The notes: generated from the letters alone by a model not told the origin. Positions 10,882 through 25,263 are shown, numbered from the stretch's first letter. The stretch: DNA of 64,000 bases from Selaginella moellendorffii (GCF_000143415.4 NW_003314275.1:1555955-1619954); one strand, 5' to 3'. A program made the numbers and translations.

Positions 10882-12673
10882 ATGAGGAGGAAGACGCACG
10901 CTCGATGGAGGATTGGAGCTTTAGTTGGGATAGCGGCGCTGGTAGTCTTTCTCGTGTGGCTGAAATCTCGTGTCGCCTCCTCGATCCGTCGCCAGGAAGA
11001 AGCCGCCGATCCGTCGGGATTTCCGGGTTTCTCCGTGGAGATCAAACCGAAGCTGGCGTTTCTTTTTCTCGCCCGGAATCGAATGCCCCTTGACTTCCTG
11101 TGGCAGCGCTTCTTCGAGGTGAGAAATTCGTGAATTCGAGCGATGAAACGCTCGGTTCTAACACTTTTTTTTTTTTCTTGTTCTTCTCTTTGCAGGGTGC
11201 CAAAGACCAAGAGTTTAGTGTCTATATACACGCGAGGCCAGGGTTTGTGTACAATAAAGAAACAACTGATTGCATTTACTTCTACAATCGACAGTTGCCA
11301 AATAGCATTCTGGTACGATCGATCCACATTCTTGTCACGATCTTTATCTCTTCTTTGGTTTCTTCTCGCAGGTCGAATGGGGTGAAGCAAGCATGATAGA
11401 GGCGGAGCGTTTATTGCTTGCCAAGGCTTTCGAAGACAGCAGCAACGAAAGATTTCTGTTGTTATCCGAGAGGTATGGCGTAGATTTTTCGGTATCCAGA
11501 GAAGCTTACAACTTGGATTTTACAGTTGCGTACCCTTGTACAGTTTTACTTTCATATACGAGTATTTGATGGCTTCACCTAAAAGTTTTGTAGACAGGTG
11601 AGCCACCAAACTTTTTCCATTTTCCGCTGACAAACGGTGTTGTTGTGCCTGTCTGTGATGCCCAGTTTTAGAGACCGAAAGGAAAACAGATACAACCCCG
11701 TGATGGCTCCAGTCATCTCAAGAGCAAACTGGAGAAAGGGATCACAGGTTCGTCCGTAGATATTCGAGATGCTTTGGTAACACCATGTTTGGATGCCAGT
11801 GGTTTGTGCTTCTTCGCAACCATGCGGAGGCAGTAGCCCGTGATCAGGAAATCTTTCTCCGTTTTCGCGACCATTGCAAGGTTTGTTGTTTCATAGCTCC
11901 GTTGTTACATTAGTGTGATTCAGATGATTAACTTTGTAGAGAGGTGCATTGCCGGAGTTTTGGAGGGAATACAGTGTGGTAAAGCACAGCTTTCCAAGTT
12001 CTTTCCTTTTGTAGAGTTAATTGGTTTGTTTGTTTTGGCAGAGTGCATACAGGCAGTCAGGAAGGAACTGTGTGCCGGATGAGCACTACGTCCAAACCGT
12101 TCTTTCGGTAAACTTACCTTCTTTACGATTTGCGTGCCAGTCCTAATCCATTGTCTTGCTGGTTGTTACTGTAGATCAAAGGTTTCGACGACGAACTTGA
12201 GCGTCGATCCTTGACATATAGCCTTTGGAAGTACGCTGGTCGGCGGAAGGAGCGTCAAGGATGGCATCCAGTCACCTTCTCGGATGCATCGATGAAGCTA
12301 GTCCGGGAGATCCAGGTCAGTATCTTCCCTCTAAACTCCACTCACAGATATTAGATATCATGATCTCCACCATAGCTGAGATTGGATTCGCCTCGTCCAG
12401 GCCATTGACAACATCAAATTCGAGACCGAGGGGCGAGTGGAGTGGTGCAGTGTGGCTGGCGATCCTCGGCCGTGCTTCTTGTTTGGACGCAAGTTTACCA
12501 AAGCCGCTGGGCTGAAGCTCTTAAACATGGTAAGTGGATCAAATTTTTCGCTCTTTTTTCCCTAAGTTTGGCGAGGTGAAAATGTTCTACAGACTTTAGC
12601 CGATGATCCTGACAGCGTGAATTTATACCACGATAAAACGCGGAAGAAGTTACCACTGGTGCAATCGTCGTGA
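10882..12673 (+). CDS. Core-2/I-branching (GT14-like, DUF266/BC10-like) glycosyltransferase, multi-exon
   Basis: N-terminal TM helix; PKLAFLFLARNRMPLDFLW, FSVYIHARPGF, VEWGEASMIEAERLLL, FLLLSESCVPL, WRKGSQWF, CVPDEHY, CFLFGRKF across GT-AG exons; last exon 12593-12673. Confidence 0.9.
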
Positions 12674-12961
12674 TGCACGGAAGAAAAGTTAGAAAACAAA
12701 ATTCAATGAAAATGTAATTACTGTTGATCCCTGTCTTAACAACATGGAATATCCTGAGCGAACGGCCACGATGTGAAGGGCGGAATCGACGGCTCTTAAG
12801 GCACTAGAGACCAATAGTGAGTTCCAACGTTTGATTGTGACGCTGCGCGGCGAGAGGGGGGAAGAGAGTTGTTCTCTTTCTTGTTGATCTTATTTGATCT
12901 TCCTTTCTCCGAAAAATTCCTTGGCGATCCGCAGAGAGATTTATTTCGGCGCTGGGTTTCG

Positions 12962-13997
12962 ATGAGAGGCGCTGTCCAGAGCAGTGGCGGCGTGCTGGGC
13001 ACGGCTCGAAAGAATTTGTGGAGTTTTCTCAGCCTCCGGAGAAACCAGCAAGTGAGTTTGTCTTTGATTCTTTCAAGGAATGAAGTGGGATTTGCTTGGC
13101 AGACAGTTCTTGAGCAAGAGGTATCGTCCCTCAAGGACGAAATCCATGGCGTAGAAATCCGCGAATCCACGCTTCAAGTCAGGTACCTAGTTCCTTTCTT
13201 CACGTCTCGTCGTTGCAACGTTTTCTTTCTCTTTTGGTTTTTCCATTTGCGCTCCGTGTAAAGACTAGATCATTTGGATTCATTGCTGAGATCGGCTGAG
13301 ATCGCTTGCTACTTGTTCACTCGATTGGTAATTGAAAATCTCAAAGTTTTTTCTTTCTTTGTTTTCTCTCTTTTTCTTTTCTTTTTTTTTTGTGTTCTTC
13401 GACTGAATGGATGACGAACTTCCATGCTAGGTGCTGCCAGAGATGGGCACCGTTGCCTGGAGAAGAAGCTCCTCCGCTCGACGACTCGGACGTGAATGAC
13501 TGGGTGCAAAGATTTCTCGTCTTCCAAAACTCCACCATCGGATTCTACCTCCAAGCAACCGGTAATAAAGTTGTGATCTCTTTGTACAAACAAGAGCTCG
13601 TTCGAAACGTGGTGTTCTTCCCAGACTTGAGGCCCCAAGTTACGATCCAGATGCACGATATCGTGGAAGCAGGAAAGATTCCAGCTGACAAGCACCATAC
13701 AGGCGATAAAAGCTGGTTTGCGTTTCATGTCACAACGTGCTATGGGCTCCGCCTCGAGTGTTCCACATTACACGAGCACCAGGTATTCATTCATTCACTC
13801 GTCTCTTTCTCGAAAATTTTTCCATCATCACCACCCATAAAAAATCCTCTCGTTTGTTTTTTTTTTTCTTCCTTTTCTTGTGTGTGCTATTTCAGCTGGA
13901 CGCTTGGTTGCGAGCGCTCGCAAGTTTGAGCGATGATCAGCCAATATCAAACGAAGAACATCAAGGATCATTGAATGCCAAGTTTCCTGAATTGTGA
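12962..13997 (+). CDS. Coiled-coil plus PH-domain protein (conserved, uncharacterised plant family), multi-exon
   Basis: Spliced product ..LEQEVSSLKDEI..RESTLQVRLDHLDSLLRSA..YLFTRLRWAPLPGEEAPPLDDSDVNDWVQRFLVFQ..DLRPQ..GLRLECST....QLDAWLRAL, ending in the PH-type helix with the conserved W. Confidence 0.8.
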
Positions 13998-14230
13998 CAC
14001 GAGATGTTCCTATGTATTTTTGTTTTTGTGAACCTTTACACTTGTGAGCCCATGACGAAACAAAATAAAAGAAGAATATCTATCGAAGGAATCTTAGAGC
14101 GTCGGTGCAAGGCAACAAAGTCTTCTAAAAAATTCTCTTCTCATTTAAATCGATGAATAGACAGTGTTTGGTTTCTCTTAGGATAAAATGATCAGCATTT
14201 TCCTTGTCCAAAACTGTTGCAAGTTTCTGA

Positions 14231-17200
14231 TCAATCAGCTACTGCTTTTCCCCCAGACCAATTCCCAATCTCTGTTAGTACCTCATCGTCATCCTGGGAA
14301 TAAGAAAAACTTGCCTTGTCACCACGGCCACGCAGGCCACGCTCATTGTCAACGTCTTCTCTTCCTCTCACTGGCGTAACGTTTTCCTTCGTCTTGGGAG
14401 TAAAAGGACAGTATGGACTTCCCTTCTTGCGGCACTTGTGGCATTTAAACGCGTCAACTCGAGCAATGTTGCTCGAGGTGATACCAACAGCTCTGCCATG
14501 GAACCACCCTAGCAAAAGGAAGGAGAAAGAAACCATCGTCAGTAAAGCTAGGACGAGAAATGGCTTGGGAGAGTACCTTGGCAGTGTTCACAGCCGATAT
14601 ACAAGAGCTTTGCGTCGTATGGTTGCTCGCAAATCGCACAGCGAAGGCCTCCCCCATCGAGCTTTTGGCCGGGATACACCACCATGTCGCGCCTGAAAGT
14701 GAGCTTCTTGTCCAGCTTCCACCTCACACCGCTAGTGTTGCCGGGCCTCTTGGATCGTCTCTTCCGGATCACAGCGGCTCTAATTGCCGGGGCCGTCACG
14801 GCCAGTTTCTTCCTTCGGGAGTAAACGAGCAGGACCGGTCTGTCTTTCACTGCTGCTTCTGGCGGAGATTCTTCTGCCGTGTCTAGCAATCTGCGGCTTC
14901 TTTTGGTGCTTTGCTTCGTGGTGAAACAGCTCTGGCACAGGCCGGTCTTTCCGCTCAAGCATTGTTTATGAAAATCACCTATAACATGTCGCAAAATTAA
15001 AATCGAAGAGCAATACACAGAATAATAGAAAAAGAAAAGGAAAGCGTACCTTGACACTCTTGGCAGCTCACAGTGTCACTGCGTGTCAACATACAAAATG
15101 GAGTCAGCTTATTGACAGTTGGAAAGGAAGTACAGTACCTGGCAGCCAAATCCATATTGCAGTGTTCACACCTGAGTGCCTTCTTCTTGGAATGAAACCT
15201 GTTGAGGATAGCTTTAAGCTTGGTACTCTTTGAAACTCTAGCTCTTTCTCCCTTCCGGACGGCTGCTGGTTTTTTCGGCTGCATGAAGCGGCGCCTTTTT
15301 TCCTCGAACTCCCTCACCAAGCACAAAGGTACTTCCGTTTCCGGCAGCCACACACTGTTGGTACTGGCGCCCTCTTCTCCCGCAAGTGCCTTCACGAACT
15401 TGGAAGCGCAGTTCACAACGTCAGGCTTCAAGGACTCCGTTAACTCGTCTTCCGTTTTAGACGTCTCAACTCGGTACTTGGTAATATCATCTTCCATAGC
15501 TTTCTCCCGTATGGTAAATTCTCCGAACGAGGTTTTAACTTCATCGGGGACCAGGAGTTCGGACCATCTGATTAAAGCATCGAGAGAGCGGACCTGCACA
15601 AACTGGGGTCAAGCACGGAAATGTAAATTCCTAAGGGTAGAACCTGTATCGCAAGTTCTGATACACTAAAACTAGCTTCCACCCTCGCGAGCCAAGCACA
15701 TTGCACAGTTCTACGAGGCAGCTCGAAATAATCATTATATATAAGTCCAGGAACTTTTCTTATGCCACCTGCAGCAAGCAGAAAAATGACGTGATTTTCA
15801 TAGTGAAAAGCCAAATTGGAAGTTCTAACCTTGCCGACCAGCCCGTTTTAACGCTGCAACCGGAAGAGTTTCCCAGTCCAAAATCCTCCTCACAAGTTTA
15901 CCACCTCGGCGCCATTGAACGCCACAAGTACCCCCGCCAGGAAATATCTTGATAGGATCATCGGCTTGTACTTTCTTTCGACGCCTTCCACCACTTTTCT
16001 TCAGCGAGGATACGAAAACATTGCCGTTTACTGTACCCAGCCTGGGGGCGTCCTCGGCACATATCGACCAGTTTCTTGAAAGAGCCAAGGGTCTCAGGCT
16101 TGATCCAAGCTGTGCAGCAGCAAACGTAAACATTCAGTCCATCTACAAATGCTGTACAAAAAATATACTTCACCTCAAGTAACCCAAACTTCACTTGATG
16201 AACATGCGCCGCGCAGTCAAGGCGTCTCCTCCAGCGATTTCGTTGGTCGGTGCTTTCCCATAATCCCCCCAGCAAGCCGTACAAGCGATCTTCCATGTAC
16301 AATACATATGCGATCAAAGCTGGAAGGTGGTTTACGCCTTTCTTGATAAGCCGTAATCCTCCAGTGACAATAGCTGCACCCGCGCAAAGCTTCCCCGCTG
16401 CAGTATTGAGGAGGCATCCCTTCTTCCTGCTGAGGTTTTTGCACGCGAAACACCAGCCGCACCTGTCCTTTGCAGTTTCCGCACGCTTCTTCTTCAAACT
16501 GGGCCAATAGAACTGTACAGGTGTCCGAGAAAAAGCCTTTATCTGCTCGAAAATCTGAGTTTTCTGGACTGCAGCACGCCTGTTTGTTGATTTCTCGGCC
16601 AGGTTGGAGGCTGCCAATGCCGATAGTCCTCCTTGAGAATACTGGTTGATGTAAGAGCTAGCTTCATAGAAACTTTCGTGCATCCCTGTGCATCTGCTCA
16701 GTTTTGAGGAGCCAAACGGCTTGTCCGTTGTGACTAGTTCATCTTCTGCTGAGCCGTTGAGGACGCAAATTGTGTCTTGGATCGGACTTAACAAAGCGTC
16801 ATTCTTCGGGGCCGAGTCCTCAGAAAGGTTCCAGCACTGCATGATGCTTGTTCTTAAGCTAGCAGAAAGAGCTCCAGTTGAATCCAGAAGATCCAAAACG
16901 CTGGAGATGTCCCCAGGACCATAGCATACGTAACTGGAGTCAAGACTTGAAGATTCCGATCTGCAATGAATGAAATTAGTAGCTGTAGTCACTGAAAGAT
17001 GAGAACTTACATAAAGAGATGTTCACACGCTGCAATGTATCTTCGCCTGTAAGTGTCTATACCAAAACACTCGAATCCCCTCACGACTTTCCGAGCCCTG
17101 GTTCCTTCCAGTGCGATCTTTTGAAGCGTACACTCTGGACAGTACCAGTCTCCTTCAGGAAGAGTACTCTTGGAAACTCCCACACACCGAGAATGATAAG

Positions 17201-18735
17201 CAGCAGGACAACCATCACAGCAGATGAGGTTGCCGTCCATCCCGCAAAGCACACAATCATCACTGTTCCAGTCTGATGTGTGTTTCTGTTCTGTCGGTTC
17301 TGTCCTGTGTGACGTTGGAGGATCAACCAGCTCGGATGTATCACTCGGGCTACTTTTCCGTGAGCGTCTCGTCTCTCGCTTTGTCGGCTGCTCCAAGTAA
17401 CTATCTTCCACACTAGCCTTCACTAACGGATCCAAATCGCTGTCCCCGTTGCTTCTCTTTGCTAGCTCCGATCTAACCTCATCCGTATCCAGTACACGGT
17501 CGCAGAGAAAGCTGAGTATATCTATCTTACTCCCAACCTCCAGCCCGTAGTACTCCCTTCTAAGAATGCCGATGTCTAAAAGCCTCTCCTTCCCTTCCTT
17601 TCTATAGTTTCCGTTGACAAGGTAAGCAATCAAGTACGAAGGCCATGCAACTGCGTCAAGCAACGTCCAATCACGGCACCTGCGACAAAACGAAAACTAG
17701 ACTATGCAAAAAAAAAAGTAAGGAAACAAAGCATTACCTCAGACAGTTGATTGCTGACTCAATACCATCGCTGGCTAAGCTTTCGAGATGCTGCCTTAGC
17801 AGAACAAGTAAACTCAAGTGAATCTGATCGACGAGAGGATTGGCCTCCTTCAGTGTCAAGCAGCAAATAAATTGTTGAAGCGAAAACGGGCTCAGGAAGA
17901 TCACCCAGCTGAACGACCGGAGAAAGGTGAAAGCCGAAAAGAGATGAAAAACAGACTCTGTCGGGATGTTTAAGTTCACTGAACTTGGCGGCAACGCGGG
18001 AACGTTTAAGTCCGTTTCCTCCGTCTTGTGGCACTCTACTTCCTCTCTAGCAGCAGGACCCCCGTCAACTTTAACCCTGTCCATCACTTGCTCTTTCTGT
18101 TTTCTCTCAGCACCGTCGTCAACTTTAATCCTGTCCATCACTTGCTCTTCCTGTTTTCTCCTTTGCTGGAGTCTCAGCGGATACTCTCTATCAGCTAAGC
18201 TTGATTTTCTCCGGTGAGCTACAGGCTTGAGAGGCTTGTTCTTCTCTTCTTCGTCCTTCTCCAAAATTTTGGTTTCTTCTTCTTTAGTTTCCTGCCCTTC
18301 CTCCTTCGTTTCTTCCTCTTTCTCGAGCACTTTTTCTTCTTGACGAGGCTTCTTCCTGGGCCTGCCTCTGGGTCTTTTTCCTGGCTCGCTTTCCGGCCGA
18401 TGCCTCTTCAAAGCCTTGGCAACCTCCCAGGCAACAAGGTCCTTATAATTCATCGCTTGGATAAGCTCCCCATTTGTTCCATTAGCGTCCGCGATTTTCC
18501 TCGGACGTCCTCTGGAACGCTTTGGAGGAGCACCACTGTCACTGCCACAATCTACGAGAATTTCCCGAAGCTCATGGAGCTCCACCTCCTCCCTGTCCCC
18601 GTCGGCGTACTTCACCCTGAAATATTTGCTCGATTTGTCATAGGCCACCACTGTCCCACCGAAATATCCATGCCCCTGGAAATACTTCCTCACCGATCTT
18701 CCCACGAGCTCGGCATTGTCCTCCTCCTCTTCCAT
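14231..18735 (-). CDS. PTM: DDT-domain/PHD-finger chromatin protein, PTM-like (Tudor-like N-terminus, AT-hooks, DDT, WHIM, PHDs)
   Basis: LVGRSVRKYF..G.V..YD....FRVKYADGDREE; two GRPRK hooks; DDT region LPPSS..LFSAFTFLRSFS..LSPF; PHD DWNSDDCVLCGMDGNLICCDGCPAAYHSRC; CGWCFAC; C-terminal PHD CAIC..YIGCEHC..WFHG..FKCHKC. Confidence 0.88.
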
Positions 18736-19077
18736 GGCCCCGATCGGCAGAAGAAGCTCAAGGATTTTTGTTCCCGCGGCTCAAATCCCGCATTGCCGCC
18801 AGTTCTAAGCGCTAGAAACCTAGAAAAATCTGTGACAGCACCTGGCGATTCGGTCGATTAATCGCTTCTCCGCCGGCGCCAAGGGCGCGCCGCGCCTCCC
18901 AGCTCGCCAATCTTCGCGATCACAAGCATTAGGTTTTTACGCTTTTCTCCCTTGATCGTCTGTTGCCACGTGGACGACGCTTGGCCGTCCGATCAAGGAG
19001 GCGGCAAAACGGAGCCATTGCTATGGCGCATCCTTGATGATCGAAAGCTCTTCGCATTCTCTTTTTCTTATTTAGCG

Positions 19078-20609
19078 ATGGCGCCAGAGCTGCGCGTTCT
19101 CGTCACTGCCTATTCCTCTCCATCAGGTACGATTTCTCTTTGCCTAGGCACGAAAAAGAGGTTTTGAATTTTGGAGCTCTTATCTCGCAAAACTTTTTTT
19201 TTCTATCGTTTCAGAGGAGCAATTAAATGGGTCTCTTGTTCATCCAAATGCTGGTAAGAGCGACATCTAGAACGAAGGTTTCCTCCAAGATTTTAGAACT
19301 CACCTCGCGAAAAAACCAATGCAGATGAGCAAATCGATGGGTCTTTTGTTCATCTTCGACACCCGAAGTCTGGTAAGTGTATGACAACTTTTTCGTTTTT
19401 TTCCGAGCGCGAAATCTTATATTTGTTCTTTCCAGGGACTAAAGCTTGTTATCTTTTGATAAATGGAACTCTCCAAGAACTCAACTGGTTCAAGCCTCGT
19501 TATTCTTCTTGGTTTATCGGAGACTCAGTGTGTGAAGGTTTAAGATCTCGCTTTCAAACTCTCGATTTTCCACTAACTTCTTTCACATCCATTTCAGATG
19601 GAAGCTTGTATTTGGGATCGGTGGTCGATCCTCTCTTCATGGTTTTACCGCTGCTGGAAGAGTCACGAATGACAAAGGTAGAGAAAAATGGAGTTCGTGT
19701 CTAAAGCTGTTCCGAGAAATTCTCTTTTGCTGCCATTTAGAAAGCTGACGAGGGCGGCTTGTTCAGAACGTTGGAGGACATGATCTACGTTGAAAACTTT
19801 CCTTGCTATTCTCGCATCATCCCACTTTTGCCTGGAACACTCGATGCTATCTGTGACTCTCGAGGTATTCCACCAAGTGTTTTATACTTTCCTATTTGTT
19901 TTTTTTTTATTGATCGATTCTCTAGAGCTACAAGAGACGAGGTACTACAGACTGAACGATAACAAGGTTCTGGGATGGCTTTCTTGTAAGGTAAAGATAT
20001 CTTAAATATTTTGTTGCTTTTTTCTTTGCACGAATCTCTTCTTAAAGCTTTGTTTGTAGGTAGAGCAGACGTCAGAAGCATTAAAACTTCATGGTTTTCA
20101 AGGCCTTGAAGATCACGAACTCAGTAAGCACAGTGATTTCTGCTCATTTTCACGGGAGTTTCGTGTGTGTGTGTGTGTTTCACCTCAGAGATTTATTCCA
20201 TTGGATTGCTTGGAGAATACGTGAAAAGCGAGCCTTGGCTGCAGCGGCTTTGCAACCATTTCTCGTGAGTAAAATCTCCTCGTTCGAAACGTTTTTGCTG
20301 AAAGAAACTCATTGTTTTTATAATTTGCCCAAAGGGTCGATTTGGAAGCTTGTAGCAGATCGAAGAAAGCATCTATGCCTGGGAGTGTGGTCCCATCACA
20401 ACCATTTCGCGTAAGCGTTTAGGCCTCGGTCTTTGTTTCTTACATCTAGATTCGGACGACACAACTTAACACTTCACAATTTTTTCTTTCTTTCGTTGCA
20501 CTTTCAGGCCAAGCAAAGCTCCACCTCCAGCAACAAAAAGACGAAGAAAGTACCAGCGGCTAGCGCAGGAACTTCTAAGATCACAAGCTTTTTCGCAAGG
20601 CCGCGCTAG
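19078..20609 (+). CDS. RNASEH2B: Ribonuclease H2 subunit B, multi-exon
   Basis: LRHPKSG..CYLL..LQELNWFK..SWFIGDSVCEDGSLY....DPLF..LP, YYRLNDNKVLGWL..K, and a C-terminal PIP-box-like KITSFF; stop at 20607-20609. Confidence 0.9.
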
Positions 20610-21155
20610 AGATCGATTGAAGGATTTGTAAAAGAGTAAAATGATACAATTGTAATGTTAGGTGACAGACAAGTTAAGTTTTTCATACAGACAATGTAGA
20701 TTTTTCTCCTCTGTCTTCTTGTATGATGTAATGCTACAACTGTGTTTGTTTTCTTATATGGTGTATTGTGATCATACCAAAACTCGTAGTACCAAATGGT
20801 GACAGATGCAAAATGCCCCTCCCCACATTCCCTAGGCATCGAACAATCAACTCAAAACTGGAATGGACAAGGGGAATCTGACTGTTTAATTAAAACAAAG
20901 CATTACAATGGTTCTTGTGGATGTTGATGCAATGTGATTTCTGCCCAGTGGTGTAAATGTTAAAGTGAAGAAATTCAACCAAGCGTGGATAAGCAGTAGG
21001 AGTAATTATGACTCTCTTAAAGTAACTAAATGCCTCATCATCTAATTAGTAATGTCCATATATCAAGCACTTGATACCAACACCTAATATGTTTAGGCCC
21101 TAGATATGTTAGCCCCTTCCTTTGAAGCAACATCTCATATCATATGACAGAACAT

Positions 21156-21307
21156 CAGTGGTGATCTTTTAGTCCCACATAAATCTAAGCATGTTCCACA
21201 CAATGCAACTCTGCACCCATTTATATCGGCACAGTGGTGATCTTTTAGTCCCACATAAATCTAAGCATGTTCCACACAATGCAACTCTGCACCCATTTAT
21301 ATCGGCA
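21156..21307 (+). repeat. Perfect 76-bp tandem duplication
   Basis: cagtggtgatcttttagtccc...cccatttatatcggca is repeated exactly (21156-21231 and 21232-21307). Confidence 0.95.
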
Positions 21308-24300
21308 TTATGGGCTGGTTCGGCCGAGCTGGTTTTGATCATGCTATCATCTGATCTTCCTGAGGAGATGATAGAATTGGCCGAAAAATTTGCAACGCTC
21401 ATCCTCTTACAGAGAGACCACTGGCACCACTACAAAGATAGCTCAGCTGCAAAATACATTTCTCCTGCTGCCACCACTCTTCATGCGCAGCATGCCGACT
21501 ATGGATAAACCATCCCAGGTTTACCTAGACGTTATACCGAATTCGGCGGACGTTCTTCAAGGATTTGCGGAGTTTTGGCGGATGAATGATCGTACCCAAG
21601 ACATCGAAATCAGATCATGGTCAATATCCCACGTAAAGACGAGACAATGGGCGTGGAGGTTTTGCAACACCTCCACGCAACTTACGATCCATAACCAGTG
21701 ATAGTCCACCTATCCCCCTCATTGGGACTGTCGTCTCCTCATCAGCCATGAGCACAGCGTGGAAGAAACATGGCAAATCACGATCTACTTAGATTTATAT
21801 GATATTTTCTATGGCTAACACCTTAAACTTAAGGGTGGCAGCATAAGTTTTTCTGAAACTTATAAAGCTACTATCCAGAACTTTCTCGAAGGGTACGTGG
21901 TGCTAGTAGCATCAATCTCTTTTTCAGTTTTGTCAAGGTGACAGAGAACTATACAGTCTTAATATAAGTAGGTAACATACTGAGATTTTCTCCTGGTCGA
22001 CTGATCACTTTCTATGACTATAGAATAATAGACAAATCCATATGGAGGACTTCTTCAGCTCCAAACTACAAATGACAGAGAGATATGGCAATTTGCGAGG
22101 CCAAACCAAATGACATGGAACATGAGCAAACTGGACTGTCACGACATTTGCTCAAGAAAGATGGAAGATTACATTAATAGTAAGACAAGAAAAAAGTATA
22201 GACATGGTTGTACATCTTACTTATCACAATAGGCACTTTGAGAAAATATGTGCACCTCATATTTTCATGGATAACTTGATGGCAGTATGCAGACCAGAAA
22301 TTGAACCCATTGCGACTGACTGTGTTTAAGCGGGAGATATTACTCGAATATAAAGAACATGTGGTATAAACCACAAGAGGTGGATGATTCCGAGCTGGAA
22401 AAAACATGTGAAGTACAATCGATTTAAGGAATTCATTGATAACAATTTTAAACACAGTCACTACTGATACTAAAATTATTCATGCTAAAAGCATGCCACT
22501 AGAAATGAGTCATGGCTTAAACCATATTCCACCTACACCATTGAATAAAAAGAAGAAAACACACAAAATGGAAGGAAGTCATATTGGCCAATGAGACTTC
22601 CTGAAGACTGGGCTTGGTGTGGTACAGGCCTCTTTGGAATGGCTCTTGTAAGTTGGACCATGAATTTTTATAAATTTGTATATTATATAAAATTCAATGT
22701 GACTAAAGTTAACCATACTTAAAAGCAGAGAATATGCAATTTACTTACAGAGGACTGGATAAGGCTGCTAACAACCCTAGATTTATTAGCAATACCGTAA
22801 TGAGGGATATAAAAGGTTGCAAAGGCTTGATTTTATGATCTTTGCATGAAACTCATCCAGTTTAAAACAGAATTTATATGAAGCCATTGAAACACTGATC
22901 CAGACTAAACCCATAAGATTCTTATAAAAGATTCTTATATCTTAATAAAGCACATAAGAAAACATTCAAATGGTTAGCTGCCTGCTTTTATGTAGATTTG
23001 AGGTTATACTATCTGAATGTCATGCCATAGTAATTCAGCTGGAAAGGGACATTAAAAAATGGTATGGGATAAGCAATCTGAAGTGGCCACCCTTGAGCCG
23101 CCCTACTCCACTACTCAAAAGTTATTAGTTTTAAAAAAAATTAAAAATATGCTAAGAATATTAATTAGTTTTTATAAATAAATAATAATAACTTGACCAA
23201 CATTAATATACATTTATCTAAAAAGATATAAACTTAAATATATGAATGCTATGAAGCAATATAATTGATTTGTTCAATGCAGATATTGCAAAATGTTATA
23301 AAAGTATACAAATACATAAAGAAATATAATTTTAACAAAGTGATGGAAAACCTCCCTACCAATAAAACCAGAATTTATATTAGAAAGCTTGCTAATGATA
23401 AATGGAAATGTAAGATATAAAGGCAGAAACCATAAAGCAAGCTTACTATAGAGAAAATCAAATATATAAGCAAATAACTTATAACTACTATGCATGTCAG
23501 GCTTGGAAATAAATTTACAAATAACTAGTAGATATTCCCATAGGCTTCTCTTGCTCACCTGTATAGTTATTCTTTACAAATATAGTATTGTTGCAAAACT
23601 TGCGACAACTTAATCTAGATATGCTAAAACAATTCTGACACATCTAAATACATAAATGATCTTATTCTTATAAATGGACTACAAGCAAGAAAAATTATAC
23701 TTAGAGATACATCTTTATATATATATAACTCTATCCTTTAGACTTTCTGGAGATTAAAGAAAAAACCATTGGTCAAAAACTTATGATAATGTATGCCATG
23801 ACAGAAGGAACTTTCAAGTATGACAAAACTCAAATCACCATAGAATCAATACAGGAAATTATTCAATATTTTGCAACTAGCAGCTTCAATAAAAAATGAC
23901 TTACCTATTATATTATGAAAACACTTATGAAAGATTTATTTCAAGGAGAAAAATGTGATATTAATAAAATCATCACACACTTAGAAAGAGGTAGTCCCAC
24001 CACAATAAACTATACTTTAAGTTAATATATAAGAATAAGAAGAAAAACAAACACTATATGGTAAATATTTGGTGAGTGGTAGCACCCAACCAAAGTTCTT
24101 GTAAAGAATAATGCTCTTGTAAAGAATAAATTATAATAAAAAATTATTATTATTATTATTATAAATAATAATTATAAATACTCTAAAGTATCACTACAAA
24201 TAAAAAAAATTTAGGGTTCATACTAAAATGTGGGAAGACTCTTGCAAAAAGAAGCCAAACACTTGGCAATGGCATCTTCACAGGCAAAACTCTCATAACT

Positions 24301-25263
24301 CTCCCCACATTCTTTCATATCTCAATCCTTTGCTTGCATATAGCTGTTTGAAGTGCTTGTTAAAATTCCATGACTCTATCCAAGGGATGACCCATAATAA
24401 ACAGCAACCAACTTCCTGTAGATTTGGTTCGTTGACAACAATATTTTTTCAAATGATGCTAAGTAATATACCATAACACTTCAGAACAACAAAAGCATAA
24501 CTGTGTAATATTGGGATACAATGGAAGGATAGGTGGCTGGGGACAAGCTATTGTGGTTTCAATGATGTATGGAGTTCTTTTGCAGACAATCTAAATGGTC
24601 CTTTGAATAGAATATAAAGTAAAAGCTATCTTAATCAAGCTTTAGAAAAAGGAAAACAAAATGTAAACCTATAAGTTGGTTAGAATGTTCCACCAAACTT
24701 AGGTTTTCTCATCTTTTTGGGGAGAAGATGTGGAAAAGAAGTTATTACTTGAGAGTAAGACTTTAGTAACAATGTATCTCATTTATGCATAATACTTTTG
24801 AAGTGTCTTCACCTGAATGAAACCATATCAGGGTCTAAGAGATTTTTTTTTATTTATCAATTTATGTTTTTAGGATTAGACTTCTAGCTTCTATTTTTAT
24901 ATTAAATCTCAATTTATTTATTCTCAAGTTATCATCACAATAGCCTGGAAACTTTTCAGCGTGATAACTAGATCTTTATCACCAGATCTGATGAATTGAA
25001 GATGTGCTCAAAATAAAATAAAATAAAAATTTTATTAAATATGTTATAATTATCATATAAATTTGGATTAGTGGTGCAGGTTTGCCAAACTTAATGGGCT
25101 TCAAAGAAATCAAGCTTAAAGCTAAAAATTAATATAATGAAACTACCTTGCATTATAGATGAAGTTTAAAAAATCAAATTAATATTTAGTCAGCTAAATG
25201 ATTATATATTATTACCCTCTTATATAAAAGCCACCATCCTAGAAACTAAAAATTCATAGTACA

